DNA of 64,000 nt from Perna viridis. Taxonomy: Eukaryota. Shown here one piece after another: positions 11,837 through 23,242 of the stretch. The notes beneath the pieces are model-generated. The model had not been told where the DNA came from. It was given only the letters and a program-made list of their open reading frames with translations, and searched no databases. Every line of letters begins with the position of its first letter. Position 1 is the stretch's first letter. The translations under genes were made by a program, and so were the position numbers. The stretch spans positions 13,888,001 through 13,952,000 of the forward strand of contig CM074514.1 of assembly GCA_037379345.1 (NCBI GenBank), read 5' to 3'.

Positions 11837-13936
11837 CTACAAAACCCCATCCTCCCTATCATTGCTAGCGTCATTGCTTTCAATAAAAAGCAGTGCATCT
11901 GATATGTCATAAAATACATGCCTAAATGGGAACTTAACAAAAAAATCAGCTGCAGTTAGAGTGTCTATAAATTTTTGTGGACACTTCGCAAAAAATATTT
12001 TGATGCCAACAGATTGGTATTCCTTAACTATTTGATAAAGGATACTAACACCTGAGAGATCAATATACGATATCATTTGACAATCTACAACAATATAATG
12101 AACAACGTTTGTAACAAATTTGCGTTTTGAACCATGATTTGGAGTACAATCAGTTTCGACTTCCACTTCATTTACCAAAACCACGGTGGCAGTTTTCCTT
12201 TGCTTCCGTTTAAGTTTTATAGGGTCTACGATCTTCCTGTATAGTTCGAATTTAAACAATTCTGCGTTGGCAAAAAACAAAGGAGCTTGGAACTGGAATA
12301 TCTTTGTAGTTTGGTGTTCGATCACATTTTCTCTGTTTTCACAGTCTAAATATGCATTTTCCTTTCCTGCCACACCTAACAAAATGCTGCTGGAATTCTG
12401 ATGCCGCACGACAACAGTCAAAACTGAAAAGCCTATTCCGGCAATAATTCCATAATCCAGATTCACAAACACAGAAACGAAACAAGTTATCACCCATACA
12501 CAACAGTCCAATTTGTTTATTTTCCATATTTTTGGCAAATCCCTGAACTGTAATATCAAATTTTTCATGGCTACGGTTATCATGGCTGCTAATACGGACA
12601 TCGGAAGTGATCGAAACAGTTGACCAATCCATAAAATGACTAAAAGCATAAATACGATTGTTGGCAAAGAATTCATGGTAGTATTAGCTCCGAGGTCACT
12701 GTCGAGCATAGTTCTGCTTGGAGTTGCAGATTGTGGGAAACAGGAGAAGAATGACGAAAGGATATTTGTCAGTCCGTAAGCAACCATTTCTTGGTTGTCG
12801 TCCACTCGTTGTTCGTGGATTTTTGCGGTAAGTTTTGCTAGCGAAATTGTCAGCATTAAAATCAAAAGTGACATTATAAAACAATCTACAATGATTCTGG
12901 GAGTGATACTAAGGTCTGGAACAGTAGGTGCACGGAAGCCTGAAGGAATGGTACCAATTATAGAAACGTTTAGCTTCCTCTCAAAGTTGATAACGTGTGA
13001 CATCAAAGTTGCGATAACGACAACGACCAAGTCAATTGGAATAGGAACTTTTAAACGAGTTTTGAATTTTTCATTGATACAAACTTTCACAAACAAAAGT
13101 ATTAGCATGCAAACTATTGTTATGACAAAGTCGGAAACAACAGTTTTGTCCAAATTTTCGAACAACTCAATGTACATTTTAACGAGTTTACCAGCACCAG
13201 AGTGTGTAGAAACTTTTACACCGAACATTTTAGGTACTTGACTAGAAACTATATGAATCCCAGCTGCCGTTGTGAAACCGCCTATGAAACTTTCTGACAT
13301 ATACGTCATTAAAAATCCCATACGTAAAATTCCAAGTAAAGAAAGTATCGATCCAACGAGGAACGAAGCGGTAACTGCAGTATTTACTTTATTGTCTATT
13401 ATCATTTCTTCGCTTAGTGGTCCCTGAATAGAACTTAAAGTGTCTAAGCTACTATTATCTGCATACGCTAATGCCAAGGAAACATTTTGATAAGTTGTGA
13501 ACGATGATTCAAAAATGTCCGTCTCTGATAGGACTATCTCTTGAACTAGCAAAGCAATCACTGCATTTGTTGCAAAGGCAACGTATGGAGATGCTCCAAA
13601 GAGCATGTAAAAAATTAAAGGAAAGAATGTAGTATATAACCCATATACTGCAGGTAATCCTGCTAAAACAGAAAACGCCAAACCCTGAGGTAGATGCATA
13701 AAACTAACTGTCAAACCGGCAATCAAGTCTCCACCAAAATATTCCTTTCTGTAGGTACTTACTACTTTGATAACGGGTAAAAATGTTGTAAGTGCATTCC
13801 AAGCTCTCCTTTTGGAACAATGGCATTGTTTTTTTAGACGGCTCAAGGATGTTGGTCTTTGAGGTTTACAATCCGGGTAAAGACGGTCTAATTTGTCCAT
13901 TGAGAGAATAGACCTGGTTACTTGTGAACCATGCAT
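11837..13936 (-). CDS. SLC26A: SLC26 family anion transporter (prestin/pendrin-like, sulfate-transporter plus STAS domain), single coding exon, ~699 aa
   Basis: Family motifs GDLIAGLTV..HLPQGLAF, YGLYTTFFP, GFTTAAGIHIVSSQV, DDNQEMVAYG, and STAS features FQAPLFFANAE and VVDCQMISYIDLSGV. The likely start is ATG 13936, just after the acceptor TTTTTTTTCAG| (exon begins 13943). The ORF-track start at 13960 lies in the intron. The paralog number cannot be assigned. Confidence 0.95.
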   Translation of the reverse strand: MHGSQVTRSILSMDKLDRLYPDCKPQRPTSLSRLKKQCHCSKRRAWNALTTFLPVIKVVSTYRKEYFGGDLIAGLTVSFMHLPQGLAFSVLAGLPAVYGLYTTFFPLIFYMLFGASPYVAFATNAVIALLVQEIVLSETDIFESSFTTYQNVSLALAYADNSSLDTLSSIQGPLSEEMIIDNKVNTAVTASFLVGSILSLLGILRMGFLMTYMSESFIGGFTTAAGIHIVSSQVPKMFGVKVSTHSGAGKLVKMYIELFENLDKTVVSDFVITIVCMLILLFVKVCINEKFKTRLKVPIPIDLVVVVIATLMSHVINFERKLNVSIIGTIPSGFRAPTVPDLSITPRIIVDCFIMSLLILMLTISLAKLTAKIHEQRVDDNQEMVAYGLTNILSSFFSCFPQSATPSRTMLDSDLGANTTMNSLPTIVFMLLVILWIGQLFRSLPMSVLAAMITVAMKNLILQFRDLPKIWKINKLDCCVWVITCFVSVFVNLDYGIIAGIGFSVLTVVVRHQNSSSILLGVAGKENAYLDCENRENVIEHQTTKIFQFQAPLFFANAELFKFELYRKIVDPIKLKRKQRKTATVVLVNEVEVETDCTPNHGSKRKFVTNVVHYIVVDCQMISYIDLSGVSILYQIVKEYQSVGIKIFFAKCPQKFIDTLTAADFFVKFPFRHVFYDISDALLFIESNDASNDREDGVL

Positions 13937-14150
13937 GTTGTAACTGAAAAAAAAGTTCACAGAATTGAGAATAAAAATAATTGATTGAAGAAATAGCCTA
14001 TTTATGCAAAAATGTACATTTTCGTGGTCTTTACTGTTTTACTGTGTCCCTTACAGAACAAAATTGTTGCGAGTCAATTGGCGAGGATTGCTTCTATCAC
14101 GAAAATGATGAGATGTTCGTTATGACCATGTAGTAATTGACAGTAAATGA

Positions 14151-14660
14151 TTGATTGATTGATTGATTGTTGGGGTTTAACACCCGAGCAGCAATATTTA
14201 AGCTGTATTCAGGCGATGAACATGAAAAGGATGATAAAATGAACATGAAATGATGATGATGACATGAAAAATGGGATTGGGCACAAATTTTGATTGCCAC
14301 AAGATAGAAGGGAGGGATGGATAGGATCGGGCAATTTAGCCTCCTGTGGCGGAGCGCAAGGGTTCCTACTCCTATCGAATACCACAGCAGGGTTCTTTAA
14401 CGTGCAAGGAACGTGGCATATTTCCCAACACGGTGCACCACTATGGTTTGCGGTCAGGTTTTCCGTATTATAGCCTGACAACCCCAGCATGTAACACGCC
14501 AGAGGTACCCCATTCCACCACCTGGGGCACACAACCCAGTTGCTCTGTGGGCAGAGCGCCTAACCCCCGGCTAGGTTTCTGAGCACTATTTAGTCGCCTT
14601 TTACGACAAGCTTAGCGCTGCTGCAGGCCTATTCTTTTGACATACGGACCTGCACGGGGC
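14151..14660 (-). mobile_element. SINE-like retroposon, full-length copy 2, in SLC26 intron 1
   Basis: Perfect 12-bp TSD GACAGTAAATGA at 14139-14150 and 14661-14672; (AATC)n tail; colinear with 5795-6320. Confidence 0.9.
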
Positions 14661-14784
14661 GACAGTAAATGAGCCCTTTAGCAAAATAATGATAAAATGA
14701 CATCAATATATAGTAATGAAACTAATTAGAAGTAAATACAAAGTATTTATACATGTATGCACGCGTGACATATTTACTACTTAC

Positions 14785-14900
14785 CTGGATGTCAAGAGAT
14801 AAAAAACTGTTTGTGTAATTTTCTTTTAATACATTAAATGGTTTAGTTGTGACATTCCTCCGTTGATATCAAATAAAATTCCTTTTGATTCAATCTGTCT
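14785..14900 (-). other. Putative non-coding first exon of the SLC26 gene
   Basis: Perfect donor CAG|GTAAGT at 14785/14784 pairs with the acceptor at 13944. The 5' boundary is approximate. Confidence 0.55.
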
Positions 14901-14917
14901 GATAAAGAAACAACACA

Positions 14918-14940
14918 GAGGCCATTGGTGACGTCCACAA
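14918..14940 (-). promoter_or_regulatory. Candidate SLC26 promoter elements (CCAAT box and CRE/ATF-like TGACGT)
   Basis: GCCATTGGTGACGTCCAC lies just upstream of the putative first exon. Motif match only. Confidence 0.35.
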
Positions 14941-16899
14941 GTTGAGTAACAGGGCGTCTTCGAGTCATGCAAGATGGTATATCGTGACGATTCGGTGTTT
15001 GTACCAGAAGTACAAAAAGAATTGTATAACTCTGTCGGCTCTTTCCTCGTTGTAAAACTTTAAGTAAGATAAATTGCTAGCCGATTTAGGTACATTTTTA
15101 TCTCAGATTTTAAGTTTTTCGTAGTATTGGTATTATGACGATTTTTAACGAATTATAGTGAGTTTCATACTTTGTTGCTCGCCTGTTAAGATCGGTGAGT
15201 CGTGATAATCACTGGTTCACTTTCGGATATCTAATTCTGTTTGCTCAGCCCTTCACTGTATAAGAACCAGTTGGTAATGAGTCATATCGACAAATATGCA
15301 CTTGTTGAATTGGGACCTGGTCATATTGGCACAAGTCAAATGAACAATTTGTTAAATCGACACCCGCACTTGTTGTTAATTCGGTACCAAGACTAAGCTG
15401 GGAAGAATAAAACTACATAGTTATATAGTTACAATGCATATTTAACCCCAGGACTTAGTTAAATCGGGACATTGTCAAATCGGTACTTTCATGACAAAAA
15501 TCCGACAAAACATTGGCAATTTTAGTTGAAATTAATTTTGTATCAAATGTAAAAATGTGTATGCATGTATTTTTAATTTCTTATAGTTGAATGAAACAAT
15601 GCATCTGAATATAATTATATCCCCACTGGAAAAGCAGTAGGTTTATAGTGATCATGCTGTCCGTCCGTTCGTCCGCTATCATTCTCATAAACCAAAATTA
15701 CAATTTGGTATAGGGATACATAATGATACAATGGTACGCAACAAACAAATTACATACCGAGGTAAGATTGCGAGAGAGAAGATTTGCCAAATGTATAATA
15801 AATGTACATAAATATAATATTGATGATACACCTAAGGTTCAACTTTTTGTTATCTTAATCATTTTGCATAGCTGAATTAAAACTGAAACATTACGTGAGT
15901 TCATCAATACTGGAAACTTATGACAATTAGGTTGTCTGGTATGCGTGATTTATAGTAATCTATTTCTATCATTTTGAAAATTTTGACTTAAAAAAAGAAA
16001 ATGAAAATCGTCTCCTATATCACCTGAATTACAGAGTGGACATGTTCTTCCCTAGGAACATTTCTCCATCTTCCCTTTTTTATAGGTAAATGATGATGTA
16101 GTTCTAAATCTACATAAAGTAAAAAATGTCCTTATTATCTAATTTATCAAAATAGTTTTCAAATCCTAGGGTATTCCCAATAATGCGATAATTTAATGCT
16201 TTAGGAGACTTAAACATCTGCACACCAGCTTTGATCAACAAGTTTTTGCGTAAAATTATTATGTACCCAAGTAACATTATTGAAAAAAATGGTTGTTCCA
16301 TATATAAGAAAATCCACAATTATCAAAAATTTATCTTATATTTCTGACCCATTCAATGTTCACATTATACTTACATTATAGTGAAGATGGAAGTTTTTTT
16401 TCAGGCTGTTCTATCATCTTCGGGCACTAATTGAGCATTCTAAGTTCAAATATAAATTCTACTTCAGTCTCGAGGGGAATGCAGGATTTTCCACTCGAGA
16501 TAATTAAATTGCAGATTTCAACCAACGAGCTTTAGCGAGTGTGTTAAAATCTTAAATTTAACTTTCGAGGGTTGAGAAATCCTTTAATCCCGAGACATTT
16601 CTCCCATGAATAAAACCATAAAAAAATAATTAAACAACATCCTAAATTCTCCCAACATAAACTACGTCATCAAGGACTTCCCCTCCAGTCATCAAGTCAT
16701 TGCGTCATCGATATCACTACCATTACGATTAGTTGATACACTCAACTAATCTTTTAAAATATGAATAACATTCGTAAATCAACAAGTAATTTATTGATCA
16801 ACAATATGAATAACAACTGTAAACATGGTAAATACTCTCGGCGGGAGTCTTCACGCGACAGTTTAATTTCCTGGCACGTGGCGGACTTTTTCATAAGTA

Positions 16900-17345
16900 A
16901 CAAAATCTTACAAAATTTCAAATGCACCGATTTTAGCATCGCATCTTTTCCCAAATCCCCATGCTTCGCTTCCACATAATAAAATCGGTTTGACAATCTT
17001 ATCAAGTTGATCAAGTTGGCAAGCGATAGATAAATTATTCGTTCTGCCTTTACTGACCACGTGTTGCTTTACTAGCTTGCGCTTATTTGGCACCTTAAAA
17101 ACTTCCCTTTTTTTTAAACAAAACACCCAAAAGTTAAATCCTTTTACAATCTCTAATGGAGTATTATCATACTTAAATAGATACATTATTTTTAATTTTA
17201 CCTCTAGAGAATATAACTATTTTACTTTTTTCAACACATACTCTTAGCTTCCAAATATTAAAATATTCATTCAACATGTTTAACTAATTTTGTAAATCTT
17301 CACCGGATTTTGCTAGCCGCACTGTGTCGTCTGCATATAGTATAA
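16900..17345 (-). mobile_element. Degenerate LINE reverse-transcriptase fragment (RTEX-like)
   Basis: Translates across stops and frameshifts to YADDTV..GEDLQ..WKLRV..KSKIVIFSRG and DKIVKPILLCGSEAWGF. Confidence 0.75.
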
Positions 17346-17383
17346 TCAAGTGTTTTAGATATTTGTTTAATTCGATATCTAAA

Positions 17384-17579
17384 TCAAGTTTAATGTTGAC
17401 AATTCCAAGTTTAATGTTGATAATTCCAAGTTCAGTGTTGATAATTCCAAGTTCAGTGTTGATAATTCAAATATTAAAGTTGGAAATTCCCAGATTAAAG
17501 TTGATAATACCAAGATTAAAGTCGACTATTTGAAAAATAATAATAATAATAAAAGATGGCCCTAATGCACTTCCGTAGG
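17384..17579. repeat. 21-bp tandem array (~7 units) ending in a probable DNA-transposon end (GGCCCTAA...CTTCCGTA, IS3EU-like)
   Basis: Unit CAAGTTYARTGTTGATAATTC repeats at 17384-17530. The RTA terminus resembles the end at 47942. Confidence 0.6.
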
Positions 17580-18759
17580 TACAATGGCATCATATGATTA
17601 AGAATTTGTGAAAGTTCATTGAATTCCATTCAGTGCATAGTTTTATAGGAATTTTGATTAGAAGATACGTCCTTGGTCGACCAATGACACAGCATATTTT
17701 GCACAAGAAAACCGCAGTCATTCAGATTGCAAACAATATGAAGTGTATAAAGGTACAATGTGATAAAAGAATTTGTGAAAGTTTCAATGAATTATATGCA
17801 GTAGTTTAAAAAGAGTTGTGGATTACAAAATGTTCCTCTCCTTGGTCGAACTATGACAAAGACCATGTTTTACACCAGGAAATCCCTACAGTCATTCATA
17901 TGGAAAACAAATTTAAAGGCAATGGTATTTAAACATAAAAAGGTGTGGCAGCCATTCATATATACATAAAAAAATGTTCAATACTACAACTATTAGGTAC
18001 GATGCTCAACAACTCGAATTAGAAAAATACTTCTTAACATATAATACCGATTAACAACTTCCTTATCAATAGGAGACTGGTTATAAGACACCAGCTTTAA
18101 TTTTGAAAGTCAAATATATTGCCCAACAATGCAAACTGCAGAGTTCCATGAAATATCGTAAGTTGTGAATATTCTCAAATTCTTCATTAGTTAAATATAT
18201 GATTTTGTAAACTAAAGACCAAAACTTATAGTACCTACAAAACCAACATCCAGTCAGGTTGAAAAAAAAAATAAAAACAACAAATCCTTCACTACAAAAC
18301 CATTTAAAATGATAACGGTGAGCAAGCTATACTTGTAGGATAATTTATCACTTCTAAGATTAGATTCAGTGTTGTATGATTGAGTTATCATACTCTGACG
18401 TCATTGTAAAGAGAAATAAATTACAATCCATTCAATCCAGATGAACAATCATAAAAAAAAAAACAGCCTTCCAAAAAATGACTTGTTTGACCACTTTGAC
18501 CCCAAATTACTCAAAACATTGAGAAATATTCCAATACTGATTGTCAAATGCAGGTATGGATTTCAACAAGGAATCCAAAGGGGAAAAAATGTTCAAAATC
18601 GGACCAGAAATGAAAAAGTCGAATTTTTGGGGTGTGACCCCTTATAATTCAATACCGTTCAGATATTTGCAATCTGATTAAATAATGCAATTAAACAGGG
18701 TCTTTATAAGGAATCCAGTAAAAAAAATCGAAATCGAACCAAACATAAATTTAAAAATG

Positions 18760-19300
18760 CTTTGCAGAGCACAGCTTGACACGACCGCAGAGGTCGATCG
18801 AATCATGAACAGTTGGGGTAAGTATGGACACAGTCACCATTAAACTTGATACAACTTTGAATTTTGACGACGATTAGACATTTAACACAGGATAAGAATT
18901 AGACCAGTATCGAAGAAGTCACTTTTCGTCCCTTTATTCTCTATAAAATGCTTGTTTCTGATTCCAATTTTGGTCCCCAAAATATTCAAGTCTTAACCCC
19001 CAAAATCAAAACCAGTCTGACCATTGTGCTTTAGAATACTGTGGACCAATATCATAGACATTCTTATGCTTTCACTGGAGTTATATAATACAATTCTATG
19101 AAATGCTTGTTTTAGGCCCTTCGTGACCCCTAATTCTAGAGTTCGGGCCATAACCCACAAAATTTATATCAGCCTTCCTTTTGAGGTGTGAAACCGTTTT
19201 ATAAAAATCTATAAAGATCAACCAACTAATATTTAAGTTATCGTACGAAAGTCAAGTGTCTACGGACGACAGCGCCATATCATTATACGACCGCAAAAAA
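18760..19300 (-). mobile_element. Second HINE-like family, degenerate copy
   Basis: Related segments at 32620-33150, 37260-38535 and 48470-48570. Ends in GACGAC...ATTATACGACCGC. Confidence 0.5.
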
Positions 19301-20379
19301 ATTAAATCTTCTCTCAGTCAGCTACTTGTATACATAATAAGAATTTGTGAGCAGATGGTTAATGAAGTTTTGATAGTTAGTAAATATTTAGCTAACATTA
19401 AATGAATGAGTTCTGCGTGTGCCACAGGACTGATCATTGGTCCAAAGTACACCAAACTAAATGTTAGCAAAAATAAATGTCACAAAACGCTGATCATTAA
19501 GACCATACCCTAAGTACGTGATTAGCTATTTTCAAATGTCTTCGTGTAAGCACAATGAAATAATTAGGGCATCGGAATAAAAGTAGTTGTCATTTTTATG
19601 GGGTAACTAGAAATTATGACAGTTACTAAAGCTCACAAAGGATACTCCCGCCACCCACATTTTTATGCTGACTTGAGTAACTGAAGCTTAAACATTTTGA
19701 TATCATTATGAGCAACAATTCAAGGACAGAATCAGGTGATACATCGTATGAATAATAAAAATCTAATAATTTAAACTTGAGTTCAAAGATCAAGGTCATT
19801 TAAAGGTCATGAATGTAACCGATACATTGTCTTATGGTATTTCTCACACGCCGAAAATGGAAAGCTTACTTAAAGACGAAAATGTTGTGTCCCAGATGAG
19901 AATCCAATTTTGACTCAAAGATCAAGGGTCAAGGTCATACAGATGTAATGAAAGTACGCGACATATCTTCTCATGGTTTTTTACCCACGTGCCAAATATG
20001 GTACACAGGAAAAATGTTTTTGAAAAACGGAAACATATGTTTAGGACCAATATGGAAATTTATGTTTTGTGCCTATAAAATCACATAGAAACAAAAGTTT
20101 TTTTCTAATTATATGACAACCATACCTTTTTCATCATTATGTCCAATGGAAGACATATAATGACCATTAGATTATTATTGACTTTTTTCATGTATTAACT
20201 TGTTAGTCCTACATAAATGTTTTTCATGGTTTTCATATGTATTTTCTGGTGGTCCTAAACATGTTTTTCATATGTTTTCAAAGTGGCCCTAAACATGTTT
20301 TTCAGATGTATTCAAAACATACTAGTACGTTGCAATTTTTCCTGTGCAAGCCTATATCGAAGAAAAAAAGTTATGGCCT

Positions 20380-20740
20380 AGACGACTTCACAGTGTCTGT
20401 GGTATCCTTTATCTCATGTACTTTGGGGAAGGTGCGATGTATAAAATCCTCTGAACTAGGAATTGTTCAGCGATCATCTATATCGCGGAAACTGAGGACA
20501 TAGGATCTGGCTAAAGTATGTTCCTTTCTTGAGATCAGATCAGCTATAAAGTTAGCCTCATAAGAGTGAAGGAAATATGTCAGAGAGTAGAGGGACATAA
20601 TTTGTTCCCATAGTAATGCCGACCGTTTCTTAAAAAACGAGTAATAGAAAATGAAAGTATACATTTGTCCATCTGTTGAGGCAAAAATGAAAGTAGCATT
20701 TGATATAAATATATTCTATTTTACAAAGTAGCGCTTGTGG
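20380..20740 (-). mobile_element. Naiad-type Penelope-like element RT fragment
   Basis: YFLHSYEANFIADLISRKEHTLARSYVLSFRDIDD matches the RT at 34601-35122. Confidence 0.8.
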
Positions 20741-22949
20741 GTGCTAAATTTGATTACTTGTAATATATTAATAGAAATTAGTTGTTCTAATTTAATTGAA
20801 TTGTTGTCTAGTGTGTCCTAATCAAAATTGATTATAAACAAAGTTTTAAAGTTAGTTAGATTTAATGTCATAGTTAATTAAGAAATAAATCGTGGAGGGG
20901 GTAGATTTATACTCCTTTTAAATATGGGTACGGCATTTATATTCGATTATTTAACACCGAGCGACATCGAGGTGTTAAATAAAAATATAAGTGCCAAACC
21001 CATGTTAAAATTACAAATCTACCCCCTGAAAGAATTATTTCTTTTCTAATATAACAAATACGGTATTTTTGTGAAAAATTTCCCTAGGCGTAGCCAAAAT
21101 AACGGCTGTTCCGTTTAACCTCCCCGCATGAAGTTGAATTAATTAAGAAATAAAATAGACCTTCTTCACCTCCCCGTCATCGTACGACTGTATAATGTAA
21201 TGCCTAGCATTTGGGGTTTTGGCTTTTCATGGTTAACGATTTTGAACAGCCTGCCCTTGTGTTCAACCACTGTACCGATCTTCATTATATACACTTCCAT
21301 TTTGTTGACAAACAGTCAAAACAAACAGACGACAAAATATGCATTTTACATGCGCCGCCGATTCTGATAATATATAAATAGTTTATTGTATAAATTCTCG
21401 AAGTTCAAAAACATTTTTTGCTATTTATTTACAGCAATATTGGTCCCGTCATAACAATGCGTGTTCACATCGCCGCTTATTTCCTCAGGAGGCAATGAGA
21501 ACAGCCGCCAGGAAAACGCCGATGATGCGCATTTCTGTTATAAATTTGTATATTTATGTGATCGTATATGTTAAATGTGTGTATTTATATAATTGATTTC
21601 AATCAGATAAACCTCTCAGCCGTTAAATCATTGCGTAAACGTTTTCAAATGAGTGTTTTGTCTCTAAGCGACAGCTAAAGAGAGACAATGCGCAGGTGGC
21701 AAAGTTGGGGTTGTACACTGTTTTGACGATATGAAGACGTCATATTAGAAAAGGAAATAAATTTATATAAGGAACTCTCCCTTTTATGTACCTTGTAGGC
21801 ACTACAAGCTTTTGTACCATGGGTAGCAATATCACAAACTTCTAAAACATTTACTAAGGTTTTTTTAACTGGCAGGTTATTAATAAAAAAAATTGTGTTG
21901 CTCACCTTATTTTAAAAAATATAGTCTATAAAGCACATTCTTTATAACAAAATCCAATGGATTTATCGACTGCCCTAATAGATTCGTTCGTAAAGGACAA
22001 GGTTTTTTCTTTGAACCTTGTTTTCCCAAATAGATATTCGACCCCTAATTGCATCTCTACGTTAAAACTAAATCATTTATCGCATGATATCAACTCTTGC
22101 CTATTTTTATAATGCTGGTAGTTTTGATGTTATTGCCGTTTTCATTTTGTCTATGATTTATGTTGAGGTATTCCATAGAAATAATTGGATATTATAGAGT
22201 AAATTTTGTTTGTGGTTTCAGTTCTTCTTTTATCTTACCGATCGTCAAGGCCTTATAAAAGTAGTTGAACCCACTGCAGTTTGCATTACCCAGTCCACAG
22301 TCCGATGTTGATCATTTATGTGTCATTTTTTTTATTTTGAATTCGGAAATGGTCATCGCTCTGGATATTATTACTTTTGCTTTGAGAACTATTCAGAGAT
22401 TACTTGAAGGCGAGTTAACACATGTGGGAGACTTTATGGTAATCTCTGAAAGTATTTATCGTTTTGTGTTTAGGTTATACGTTGGTGCATTCGTTACGTT
22501 GTCAATCCCTTTTTCCGCCTCCATGTACATGTATCTTAAAAATCTCCTTAGAAAATATAAGAACTTTGAAGAAACAAACCATGTTACCGATTTTACCAAC
22601 AACTCAGCACAATGCATTTGTCCCAAATTATCTTCTCTTTAATTCCGTCAGTATGAAAATTGCAGTTTTTCTTACTAAATTGAACAGTGTCATAATCCTA
22701 GAAGGTGAAAGAAGCCATTGTTTCTCGATCAAATGTTGAAGGAAAAAAACCAGGATCTAGACATCTTAAAATGTCACGGTTGGACAACGGGAATGACTTC
22801 ATGCAGTTGTAATACAACGATTACAGCGTGTCCTCCCTGAAAAACAAACCGTGTAAAGGAATGGCTTGCCAGAAGGACCGTAAAACATCAAATCTGTTAA
22901 TGACTTCGAGGAAAATCTTATGAATTACTTAATCAGACCGACTTTTTCG

Positions 22950-23242
22950 CATAGCTAACAAACGAACGCAATTTGGATTAAATTTGATGTTTATCAATCC
23001 ATTTTTCTTTAAATATTTCTTTTTTAAATTATGCTTGAATGAATGAATTTCTAATCTTATGACGGTATAGTAGTTTTTAATGGTTTCTATCGATATATTG
23101 ATACACTTAATGTTTATATAAATCTACTTGCATTTTTTCTTTAATTTCATGTGATTTTAAGCCTTGTAAATGCTTTAAAAAGTAATATTTTAGATAAGCG
23201 CTATATAAGCACTGCGAATAACAATAACAATAATAATAATAA
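22950..23242 (+). mobile_element. Probable 3' end of an L2-group retroelement
   Basis: TGTAAATGCTTT...GATAAGCGCTATATAAG followed by an (AAT)n tail. The 5' boundary is uncertain. Confidence 0.4.

Noticed and set aside
12186-13241. Antisense and alternate-frame ORFs over SLC26 (and similar ones over ATF7IP exons)
   Set aside because: These are shadows of real coding sequence with no independent signals.
13937-13960. ORF-track N-terminus MNFFFSYN of SLC26
   Set aside because: It starts at GTG and spans the polypyrimidine tract and acceptor, so it is intronic or UTR sequence.
20874-21160. Direct repeats TTAATTAAGAAATAAA as ends of a Crypton-like element
   Set aside because: Plausible, but the boundaries and family cannot be supported by eye.
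22265-22739. 125-aa and 91-aa plus-strand ORFs
   Set aside because: Non-ATG starts, no recognisable domain and no splice support.
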